Below are positions 1-10,670 of a stretch of 64,000 nt of DNA, in pieces. A program made the translations under genes and the position numbers. Location: positions 18,922,464-18,986,463 of the forward strand of contig NC_043011.1 in assembly GCF_006345805.1 (NCBI RefSeq), given 5' to 3'. The notes beneath the pieces are model-generated. The model was not told the DNA's origin. It did no database searches and saw only the letters and a program-made list of their open reading frames with translations. The number at the start of each line of letters is the position of its first letter. Position 1 is the first letter of the stretch. The DNA comes from Octopus sinensis. Its lineage: Eukaryota.

Positions 1-816
1 TTATTTAACTCCAGATCATAAGATACCTGCTCATTGCCTCCCCCCAGACGTATTTTCTTGCTTTTGACAATAGAATTTTCCACTGAACTTAAAAGATACA
101 TATCAGAAGAGTTATTGATGAGAGTTCTGAAACCGTATAAATACTTCATTACGTGAATTTTTACTTAATATCAAGACTTCGTTACTGCATTTGAAGTGTA
201 TTTAAATTTCGTACATGATTTAAACACAGTCATTCAGATGTTAAGGCATGTACACAAAGGCACACACATATACACATCAAATAAGCAATTTGCTAATATT
301 TGTTGGTAATTTCCTACTGTAGACTTATCATTCGTGATAAGCTGAGTTTGAACATCGCTCTTATCAGTTAATGGCAAAGATTATTTTTCACAGAACAATT
401 ATTTTGATTTTACTTAGATATACTTCAATGTTGATCAGTTCTTCAATGATTTATAGCCGTTTATTATGTATATTTTTATAGACATCAGTCAACAAATAGA
501 CCATTCCTTTTTTGTCTAGCACATAAATTGCTTGTTATATTTATCTATAAAAACATACCATATATAAATATTATCAACAGCACATATTCATACGCATACA
601 ATTTCATACAAATACACATCCACACACACATAGAAGTCAAAAATATTCACACACACGCACACTCAAACTTATATTTAGATTGATAGATAGATAAGTAGAT
701 AAATAGGAATGTGGATACTTGAATATACGTATATATATACAATGATTAATAAACCTGCACAAGTGAATATACGTATGAAATTACGTCTTAATATATTTGT
801 ATACGTACACATACAT

Positions 817-819
<3 letters not shown>

Positions 820-900
<81 letters not shown>
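820..900. repeat. (CA)n followed by (TA)n microsatellite
   Basis: Directly visible dinucleotide runs; source of several spurious ORFs. Confidence 0.95.
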
Positions 901-902
<2 letters not shown>

Positions 903-939
903 ATAATTATTATTAGTATTATTTTTATTAATGTTATCA

Positions 940-981
940 TTATTATTATTATTATTATTATTAATAATAATAATAATAATA

Positions 982-1034
<53 letters not shown>

Positions 1035-1042
1035 TGATGATG

Positions 1043-1077
<35 letters not shown>
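940..1077. repeat. (ATT)n switching to (AAT)n/(GAT)n trinucleotide array
   Basis: Directly visible; abuts an R4/Dong RT fragment at 1080. Confidence 0.95.
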
Positions 1078-1079
1078 GA

Positions 1080-2460
1080 TGTGCTTGAAAAACATCGAAA
1101 AAGTCCATACGGTAGACAATTTGTTTTGAGAATATTTGAATCTACAACTATGTATTGAAACGGATATTGCTATACTTTTAAAGGGTTGAATTATTTAAAG
1201 TCTATAAAGCTACTCACCGGTTGTGGATACTTTTATAGTCTTGATGATTTCGTTATATTAGCAATGTTGATATATTTTCCAAAATTCCGATGGACATTTC
1301 TTCCTAAACTTTGTTTAAATCTCTATACCAAGTATGTAATCATAGAGGTTCCATAGTCATTATTAAGCGTCACAGTGAGGATGTGACAAGAAATTGGGCA
1401 GAGAAAAACAAAGAAGTTGCAAACTAGATATGGGTCACTCCACACAAAATTGAAATAATTTTGACACTCCACACAAAATTGAGTGTATGAACCAAGAAAA
1501 AGAGGGCGAAGAGGACATATTCGATGTAAACACAGCGTTAGAGCAGAAGAAAACAACATAACATGGCATGCAAAAAGTACCACAGAACCGCCGTTATTAG
1601 AAGGAAGAAGATCACACTTGTGTAGGATGAAAAGTTGCAAAAATAAAGCACTGTACAAGCAATGCAAAACGAATGAAGCTGAAAATAGGTGGGTAAAGGA
1701 AAGAATGCATGGACAATTTCATAGAGATGTTGAAGATAAGACAGACAGAGAAAAAAGAAGGCTGTGGAACTGTGGAAGATCAAAAAATGATATAAAACCG
1801 GAAAAGGAGGCTCTAATATGTGCTGCTCAAGAGCAATCACTATGACCAAATTACAGAAAATGCACAATAGACAACACATCAGAAAGTGATAAGTGCAGAA
1901 TTTGCGGACAAAGCATAGAAATCATATGGCATATTACCAGCCAATGTACGTCACTAGCCTAGAGGGAATATAAGTGACGCCACCACAATATAGCACGGGT
2001 TGTCCATTGAACACTTTGTAACAATTATGGACTTCACAGAGCAAAAAATTGGTACGACCACAAACCCGAAGGCATCAACGAAAATGATAGTGCAAAGATC
2101 TTGTGGGATTTTATGATTCAGTACAACCATGAAATAGAGAATACGAAACCAGACATAGTCTTAATTCAGAAAGAAAACAAACTATGCTGAATCATATTTA
2201 TAGCATGTCCAGGTGACAACAAGGTATACGATAAGGAAGAAAGAAAGGTCGAAAGATATAACAGGTTAGCTTGGGAGGTTAAGCAAACAATTGTAGTCGA
2301 TGAAAAGATGGTAGTAGTACCAATAATTATCGGAGCTCTGGGAACAGTGAGTAAAAATTTTGAGAAGTACATGTAACAAATAGGGGCTGCAATAAGGGTG
2401 GAGCGCTTGCAGGAAGCAGCACTGCTTGGAACTGCTCGAATACTCCTGATTGTGCTTGAC
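1080..2460 (+). mobile_element. Decayed R4/Dong-clade non-LTR retrotransposon, copy 1 (short RT piece, unrelated insert, then CCHC knuckle and REL endonuclease)
   Basis: 1080-1121 matches 18833-18874 (about 37/42 nt; CLKNIEK). 1398-2460 reads RKTKKL..LH, MHGQF, CRICG..HITSQC (1894-1947), RHHNIAR, LWDF, KPDIV (PD at 2149-2154), KVERY, VVPIIIGALG, LLGTARIL, with stops and frameshifts. 1130-1395 shows no homology. Confidence 0.88.
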
Positions 2461-2489
2461 AAACCAAAAAGAGAGAAACTTTATTTTGT

Positions 2490-2770
2490 GGAATATGAAT
2501 TCTTCCTTGACAATGTTGAACATCAGCATAGCACAAGCACTTGAGTATTATCGGAAGGTCTTAGTGCTTCACACAGCACCATGAAGCGTCACGTCAGTAG
2601 GTTGGGCCTTGTGAACAGATACCACTGAAAAGCTCCTCGCGGAATGACCATAAATAAGCGCTGTGAGAATATTTGACAACAGCTACTGACAAATCCCCGA
2701 GACGTCCATTTTGGGCGTCGAATTGTAACTGTTGGTGAAAGATTGACCCTAATAAGATCCTAATAACAGA
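2490..2770 (+). mobile_element. Mariner transposase fragment (HTH2 to first catalytic Asp region), heavily decayed
   Basis: One frame from about 2508 reads LSEGLSASHSTMKRHVSRLG...APRGMT...FGRRIVTVGER, paralleling mariner VSHSTVHRHL..LG / WVPHELT / FLKRIVTGDEK. No TIR seen. Confidence 0.55.
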
Positions 2771-3359
2771 ACTTGGTTGCTTCGTTCCGGCCATAGGAGA
2801 TTTGAAAATACGCTTATGTCACCAGCTAAATAACTTTCGAGGGGTATTGCACTTCCCGCTAGTCCAAGATGGACACATGCAATGATAGCTTATATGTATG
2901 CTCAAAATTTTCAGTAAGTGCATGATGATTTGAAACCTCAATACTCAGCATTTTCATGATAAAATATGGGTAATTAATTAATTGATTATTGTGACGATCT
3001 TTAATTCATCTAGGTTCATTGCTTTCTTCCTATGTACAAACACCGATATTTAACTATATGTGTAATTTCAGAACCCACCTGATAATATGATGTTTACATT
3101 GTACATATACGCGTGTGTTTGTGTCTGTGTCTGTGTGCGTGCCCGCGCACGCATGTGTCTGTGTGTGTGTGTGTGTGTGAATTTGAGTGTGTGTATGATT
3201 CGATATTAATAAAGACAATTTTTTTTCTTGGTACTCTTTCCGTTCAGTGTGCAAGCCACATTGACTTAGCGTTTCGTACATATTGTAATTACAGAAATAT
3301 ATTCGCCACACACGAGGAAATTGTTCATAATATGCAAGTAGATTGCTTACGGCAAACAT

Positions 3360-3686
3360 GGAAGCACTCCGTCGGTTACGACGATGAGGGTTCCGGTTGA
3401 TCCGAATCAACGGAATAGCCTGCTCGTGAAATTAAGGTGTAAGTGGCTGAGCACTCCACACACACGTGTACCCTCAACGTAGTTCTCGGGGATATTCAGC
3501 GTGACACAGAGAGTGACAAGACCGGCCCTTTGAAATACAGGTACAACAGAAACAGGAAGTAAGAGCGAGAGAAAGTTGTAGTGAAAGAGTACAGCAGGGA
3601 TCACCACCATCCCCTGCCAGAGCTTCATGGAGCTTTAGGTGTTTTCGCTCAATAAACACTCACAACGCCCGGTCTGGGAATCGAAA
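3360..3686 (-). mobile_element. 5'-truncated tRNA-derived SINE (shares head and body with 34384 and 25089 elements)
   Basis: Reverse complement aligns with 34436-34690. An 11-bp direct repeat ACGGCAAACAT at 3349-3359 and 3687-3697 is a likely target-site duplication. Confidence 0.85.
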
Positions 3687-4954
3687 ACGGCAAACATACA
3701 AAGGAAGGGAAAACAGAAAACATGATTATTAAGGATGTATGTTATTAGATCTAATTTCGTTTTACAAAATATAAATTTTTATTACTTCTACTCTGGATAA
3801 AATATCCATTGTTTTCGTTTCAATTTTACCTAAAATAATATCAGGTCATTTTTAGTTGAAAGTCTACCATATAAGACGTGAAGCATAAAGACGAACATAT
3901 AGAAGCGAAAGCCGAGGCCAATATTTTATCTATGCATTGGTTATGTAGGAAGTATTTGAGCGATATTTATGAGAATGAATTCCCATGCGTCTTGGATAAT
4001 TTATGATGTACATTTTTTCAGAAAAAAAAACACCATTTTATTATTAATCAATTCACTTCAAATAAATTTCGTCTAAGCAAATATAGGAAGTCAGTTTCGT
4101 CAGAATTTTAACGGACAAATTTAGGAATAAACGAAGAAATTCTTAACATAAAACACAAAAATACAAACATATCACTGGAGAAATAAAACGGTAAGAAAGA
4201 GTAAGATGTTTTTATCAATTATTTTTATAGTTTTCGGGCATATAATTGATTTATTCTCTTTTTGTGGTGTTATTATAGGAAATATTCTTTGCAAGAAACA
4301 CATACAGTTCTTCAGACATAATTTTAATTATCTTCGAATCACTCACTCTTGTTGAACGTATAACAATTTCTCTGCACAATAGTAGTTATATCTATTGGAA
4401 TATGAGAATTTATTGAAAGGAAGTCTACAATGTAAAAAGATATCGGAGACAATTTATTTTATTTTTCTGAAACATCATCCTTACTCATATATATGCTTTA
4501 TAGTTGCTCACTAATGTTCGATTGGAAGTTGCGGGGCCTTCAGCTGAACAACGCGCATGGGAAGGTAAATGTGCTTTTTGAAATAGTTTACGTAGTTAGC
4601 CTAGCTGTTGAGCTTTAAGTCTTGGTTCGACGCAAAAAGCGAAATCAATTGATACTAAGGTATCTATTGCAATTGAGAGGACTTCTTCGTAGAAATATAT
4701 TTGCTATAATTTTCCGTACGTGCTCATATATAGTGAGAGATGCATGAATTTGCTCTTCCAAGCAAACAGGTACACATTGTAGTCTGACATTCCATTATAT
4801 ATTTTGCATATTTTTATTACAATTGCTGCCACTGCATCTTTATTATTATAGATAATGGTAAATTATGTGACTTTATATATATATATATATATATTTTTGT
4901 AAAAAAGAATTTTGAAAACGCCACTATATTAGATAAATTTTAATTTTCTTATGA

Positions 4955-4998
4955 ATTTTACATGTTTCGGTTCTTGAAAAAACGAACCTTATCAAAAA
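4955..4998 (-). ncRNA. Minimal type I hammerhead ribozyme motif with U3-A8 core variant
   Basis: Minus strand: tttt UUGAUAA GGUUC-loop-GAACC GAAAC AUGU A aaa. Perfect 5-bp helix II, palindromic helix III (ACAUGU), GUA triplet, weak A-U helix I. Confidence 0.65.
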
Positions 4999-5151
4999 TA
5001 TTTTAAAAAGTGCAATGGGAAAGTTCATAATCGTTTCTTACTGGTCTCAATAGAATCCATGTTCTTGAAGAAACGAACCTTATCAAATATATTATAAAAA
5101 GTGCAATAGAAAAGTTCATTATCGTTTCTTACTGTTCTCAATAGAATCCAT
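4970..5151. repeat. Tandem duplication, 2 x 91 bp
   Basis: Units 4970-5060 and 5061-5151, roughly 90% identical by eye. Confidence 0.92.
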
Positions 5152-5464
5152 GTGGAGGTATTTTGTTGGTAGTTGGTATAATCGCTATATTACTGTTGAG
5201 TGTAGTGAAGAAGTCCATTATTGTTTCTTGCTGGTATCAAAAGGAACCGCTTTTTTGTTACCTTGTGTTCCAATGGTAGCAAGAGTAGTGATTGTTGGTC
5301 GTAGTAGTAGTAACCTGTGACTGTTACTGTTGGTCGTAATTTTGGCAACCTTGGTGGTGGTTGAGGTTGTAGCAGTTAAGCTGTGGCCGTGGCAGCAGCA
5401 GCAGCAGTAGTAGAGAACTGTTGATCGTAGCAGCAATGGTGGTGGGTTCACTGGCACTGTTCAC

Positions 5465-5489
5465 TGACGTCACATAATTCCAAACCAAT
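5465..5489. promoter_or_regulatory. TGACGTCA (CRE-like) and CCAAT motifs inside the PLE 3'/pLTR region
   Basis: TGACGTCA at 5465-5472 and CCAAT at 5485-5489. Short motifs; function not shown. Confidence 0.2.
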
Positions 5490-7078
5490 CAAAACCAAAC
5501 TTCAACGAATACAAGGAAAAGACCCATAACTGTATCCCGTAAGGAAACCAACCAAGCAGAACGACAAGCTTGACCACGGAAGAAAAACGTCATCAATTTT
5601 TTAACGAATCAAAATCAGATCTGCTCGCAGAAAAAAATATTTTTTTATAAATTCATCTTTCCCTAAAATATACCACTGCAAGCGGGAGTGACTGTTTAAA
5701 GATCTGAGAAATTGTAATTCCCACACCTCCACCCTCTTTTTACTACTTTAATTCTCACACTGTGGCCGTAGCAGCAGTAGCAGCAGTAGAGGGCTGTTGA
5801 TCGTAGCTGCAATAGTAGTGACCACGGTGGTTGTGCTAGTGGAAGCAGACGTAGTGGTCGTGGTGGTTGTGGTAGAATTTCATTTTTCCTTTTCGGAAGA
5901 CCAATGTTTTGTTTTAATATTCCTGGCCCAGGGTGTTCAAACTTGGTCTAAATTTTTTGATGAAATAAAGTTCTTTATTTTGGCATTGGGTGAAGGTTAC
6001 GCTGTCACTGAATTTGTAAAGTGGGTAAGTTGTAAATTTCGGATTTTCATTTGTAGCACATCTATCTATGTGTCCGCTGACCGGTATTTTCCGGTATTCA
6101 GGGTTTCTAATTTGGGATTTATGCACCGCCATCCTTTTACGTAAGCTATTTTTTGTATGGCCTATATACTGTCTATTGCAGCCTGCACATGTTAAGACGT
6201 AAATTAAGTTTTCTGATGCACATGTGAAGTTTGTTCTAATGGTGAACTGGTAACATATATTTTGTTTTCAGGATGAGATAAAATAGCAAGGGTGTGAAGA
6301 TTTTGGAACATTCATAAATAGGTCTTATACCTGTTTCCAACCTTGGTTATTTTTTATCGTATTCTGAAAAAAAATTGTATATATAAGCACGCCGATATAT
6401 GACCTCGTTGCACTCCTTAGTCGCATAATCACCGAACCCGCAGCTTAAATATGGTCTATCCATACCACTCACTCAGCATTACCTGACACCTTTGGGTCTT
6501 ACTGACACCATTACTTCTCATAACCTATATATATATATATATATATGTACGCTGGCACGCACACTGAAATGCCTTGCACTTATAACTATATGCACATGTA
6601 GGTTATATAATCTACATTGTTATATTTGTTTTACATTAGAGATTTCATTTTTGAATCTACCGACACTTTTCGGCACAGATCGAGAAAATCTTTTTGTTGG
6701 GTTATCGGAATTGAATGACAGGTTTAGAATACTGTCTTTGTTTTATCAACTGTAATTGTTCTGTGTGATTTTGTGTATTTGCTGCTGCGAATCTAGATAA
6801 ACTGATATATCTTTGCTTTTGTTTATTAGTGTATGCCCATTGTTGGTATTGGACGGATAAGAAATTTAAGTCTTCTTACTGCTTTTCGATATCCTGAAAT
6901 TGCACACAAAAGAGATCAGCACAAACACACATACTTGCACGTACACACACATAGACAAACATACGCACACATGCACACATAAACTATCTCTTTTGTATAT
7001 ACATAGAAATGTGTATACACATGTTTCTGAGTGTGTCTAATCAAGTACATTTCTACATATATACACACACATACACTC

Positions 7079-7132
<54 letters not shown>

Positions 7133-7140
7133 ATATAGAA

Positions 7141-7195
7141 GGAGCTTCTACAGGACTAGAACTGTTTCATTCAAGAGAAATCATCAGGAAGCTCC
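7141..7195 (-). ncRNA. Type I hammerhead ribozyme motif
   Basis: Minus: GGAGCUUC CUGAUGA uuuc-ucuu-gaau GAA ACAG-uucuaguc-CUGU A GAAGCUCC. 8-bp helix I, 4-bp helix III, GUA triplet; helix II only 3 bp closed by U.U. Confidence 0.72.
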
Positions 7196-7241
7196 TGATG
7201 ATTTCTCTTGAATGAAACAGTTCTAGTCCTGTAGAAGCTCC
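7187..7241 (+). ncRNA. Type I hammerhead motif (helix I with a bulge)
   Basis: CTGATGA 7195-7201, GAAA 7214-7217, GTA 7231-7233. The 5' strand of helix I lacks one T relative to the minus-strand copy. Confidence 0.6.
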
Positions 7242-7431
7242 TTCTATATAATAAATTAATTTTACTCTGCTATGTATTGAGTACCTTATTTACTGTGGTT
7301 AACCCCGAATCAACCCGGGACCTACATATATATATATATATATATGTAGGTCCCGGGTTGATCCGGGGTTAACCACAGTAAGTAAGGTACTCAATACATA
7401 GCAGAGTAAAATTAATTTATTATATAGAAGG

Positions 7432-7482
7432 AGCTTCTACAGGACTAGTACTGTTTCATTCAAGAGAAATCTTCAGGAAGCT
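7432..7482 (-). ncRNA. Type I hammerhead motif
   Basis: Mirror image of 7479-7529 within the perfect palindrome; CUGAAGA core at 7476-7470. Confidence 0.68.
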
Positions 7483-7529
7483 TCCTGAAGATTTCTCTTG
7501 AATGAAACAGTACTAGTCCTGTAGAAGCT
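7479..7529 (+). ncRNA. Type I hammerhead motif
   Basis: AGCTTC (7479-7484), CTGAAGA (7485-7491), GAAA (7504-7507), helix III ACAG/CTGT, predicted cleavage after A7523, GAAGCT (7524-7529). Confidence 0.68.
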
Positions 7530-7686
7530 CCTTCTATATAATAAATATATATATATATATATATATATATGCATGTATACATATATATATATATATGTAA
7601 ATATGTATGCATGTATGTATATGTATATGTATATATATATATATATTATATATATATATACTTATATATACATATATATGTATATA

Positions 7687-7726
<40 letters not shown>

Positions 7727-8126
7727 CGTGCATGTATATATATATATTATATATATACATACATGTATATATATATATATAAACTTATATATGTATATAT
7801 ATATATATATGCATATATGTATGTGTGTGTATATATATATGCAGGTGTATGAATGTGCAGCGTTGTTTCTCAGAGAGTATTATATTTCGTGCGCGTGAAG
7901 TAGTGAAGCAGTGTTACGACATCATTAATATCCTATAGTATTTATCATGGTAAGATAAACATCCAAATTTTGTTAACTATATGTTGCACAGATGTTGATA
8001 ACCAAAAATCGTTTCAACTGTTACACTGTTTCAAAGAAATAGTATAAAGAAATCAAAGCGGGAAAAATAATTTGCTGTAATTTATCTCTTTGTAATTCCA
8101 CATGTTTCAAAGAACTTTAGATAAAG

Positions 8127-8202
<76 letters not shown>

Positions 8203-8708
8203 TATATATACTGGAAAACATTTGCTGGACTTTGTCTCAGGAGTATGAATATTATGAATATTTTATCGAATATGGTGACATCGAAACAGAACTTTTGCTG
8301 TCGATACCGAGACTATGATCTCACTAAAACATGATAATAAGAATTAGTTTTTGTTATTTTGTGATATTGTCTTTGTTTTTATATTTATTCTTTTTTCATT
8401 TGCAGAGTGTTTTTTTATGTATATTCACATCATTCACGTCATCAGAAGAACGATATATAAATCTTACTTTCAGTTACTTTCAGTTGTGTATATAATATGT
8501 TTTCTAGTCTGATAAATTATTAGGTATATTCCGCCTCAAGATGAATCATGTTTCAGACAAAGATTAGAAATAAACCCCAATACGGTTGTAGCTATTGAAG
8601 GGATATATTGTAAAATATCACCAGAAAGTTCCACATAGACACACACACACACACACACACACACATAGGCAAACACACACCACGCGCGCGCACATATATA
8701 TATATATA

Positions 8709-9500
8709 TAGGGTCAGGCAAAATGATCTGACACATTTGTAAGTTAAATAAAAGGCAAATGAAGTAAAGAAACAAAAAGTATTTTTATTTTGAAAAGTAC
8801 ATATAATGCCATTTTGTTTCATTATGTTTTAAAAATTAAATCAGTCAAATGGGATCCATTATTGTCCACACACTGTCGAAGGCGTTCACGAAAGTTGTCA
8901 ATAACTCGGCGGATCATTTCATGTGGAATGGCAGTAATTTCTTGACGAATTGCATCTTTAAGTTGTTCAATAGATCGAGGGCGATTAATGTATACCTTTG
9001 ACTTGAGGTATCCCCAAAGAAAAAAATCGCACAGATTTAAATCAGGTGAACGGGCGGGCCAACCGATGTCACCACACAATGAGATCAAATGACCAGGGAA
9101 CATATTCCTCAAAATCCCCATCGCACGTCGAGAAGTGTGGGCTGTTGCCCCATCCTGTTGAAACCAAACATTGTCCATATCGTGGAGCATATTCAATTTT
9201 GGTCTGAGAAAAGTCTCTAGCATCTCACAATATCGATCAGAGTTCACAGTCACTGTAACGTTGTCTTCTTCGAAGAAGTACGGACCCCATATACCGAATT
9301 CTGCCACAGCACACCATACAGTCACCCGAGAACAATGCAAAGGGCGTTCATGCAACTCACGAGGTTGTTCTCGGCCCAGTATCTGAATTTTTGCTTATTC
9401 ACTGTGCCACACAGGTGAAAATGTGCCTCGTCACTGAAAAACACAGCTGCTGCATGGGGGACATGCTTCAATTAGAATTTTCAGGCAACGCATATCAAAC
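8709..9500 (-). mobile_element. 5'-truncated Tc1/mariner transposon, DD41D (rosa/Visitor-type) transposase
   Basis: FSDEAHF at 9438-9418, then a frameshift into ORF 9355-8822 with FQQDGATAH...WPARSPDLNLCDFFLWG; 41 residues between the second and third Asp. Probable terminal repeat begins at the (TA)n junction near 8709. Confidence 0.92.
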
Positions 9501-10299
9501 ATATATGTTATCTGAGCAAGTAGTTGTGTTTAAGTAGATGCTAGGATGAACACAGCATCTACTTAAGATACATGCCAAACGAAAATTAAAGGAAACACAG
9601 ACCAGCTCCTTTTGTATCTTTTGGTTGCAAGTAAATGGAAAAATACTAGAGAAAAATTATGGGAACACTCTCTCAAATGAGCATTGATGATATTGAAAGG
9701 GACAGAAACAAAACGCCGTGTGCCTTGTCTCATGTTTTTGAATCTGAAGATAGAGTATTTAAAAAGGTGTTTCAAAGCTCAGTGAGAATATGTATTTATG
9801 AAGGTGATGTGAAATGTATATACATACGCACACACGAAACCATTTCATACACGTAGCGTATTTCAATTCTTTTTTCTTTCATCTTAATTCCATATTACTT
9901 CTTTGACAGTGAGATAGATGATACTCGAATGTAACATATAAATTAGAATTTATATATTTTGTTCCATATTTCACAGAACGAATGAAAGAGTTTCAAATTC
10001 GAGAAGGTCGATCTCTCTGCAAATAAATTTTAAATATCATGTCAACTTCAAAATGGATTGGTTCAAAAGAACATCCGAAACATTTTAATATACAAGAATT
10101 AATTCTTCGAAATATTAAAAGATGATACAATCGTATCTTCTTTATTACCTTTGCTGCATACATCACATATTTATTAATGCTAACGAATAAATTCGCATTA
10201 GCATAAATAAAAGTAACTATTATACATAGAAACATATACGTAACACATACACCCACACACACACACGAACACGCGCACACGCACGCACACAAACACATA

Positions 10300-10430
10300 T
10301 ACATGTACATATATATGCATATATATACATATATATACGTATATATATATATATATGTAATTATATGCATATATATATGTATATATATATGCACATCTAT
10401 ATGCATATATATATATATACATATATATAC

Positions 10431-10466
<36 letters not shown>

Positions 10467-10670
10467 TTATATGTATATATATGTATATATATATATACAT
10501 AGATATATATAATTATACAGATAGAGAGAGAGAGAATGATAGATAGATAAATAGATAGATAAACAGACAGACAGATAGGTAGATAGATAGATAGATAGAT
10601 AGATACATAGATAGATAGATACATACATACATACATACATACATACATACATACATACATACATACATTG
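10300..10670. repeat. Compound (TA)n/(TAGA)n/(TACA)n microsatellite
   Basis: Directly visible. Confidence 0.95.

Larger units (their letters stand above)
4895..6370 (-). mobile_element. 3' part of a Penelope-like element (Neptune-like): GIY-YIG endonuclease, repeat-rich 3' region, terminal hammerhead, ending in (TA)n
   Basis: Minus frame 6249-5914 reads QFTIRTNFTCASENLIYVLTCAGCNRQYIGHTKNSLRKRMAVHKSQIRNPEYRKIPVSGHIDRC...KELYFIKKFRPSLN. HHR motif at 4955-4998; (TA)n at 4874-4894. Confidence 0.88.
7128..7546. repeat. Nested palindrome A-A'-B-B'-A-A' embedded in (TA)n, with hammerheads on both strands
   Basis: Hairpin 7128-7254 (62-bp perfect arms, 3-nt loop); central hairpin centred on (TA)n at 7335/7336 (B arms differ only at 7289/7382 and 7308/7363); perfect 132-bp palindrome 7415-7546. 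Confidence 0.97.

Noticed and set aside
4970-5151. Tandem repeats as a possible CRISPR array (also 58969-59107)
   Set aside because: Two adjacent units with no unique spacers, no cas genes, eukaryotic context.
8520-8600. CTCAAGATGAA...TTC as a decayed hammerhead tail
   Set aside because: GAAA and helix III are absent, and there is no second copy to support it.
9570-9790. Protein-like reading frame next to the DD41D fragment
   Set aside because: Interrupted by a stop and not assignable to any family I recognise.
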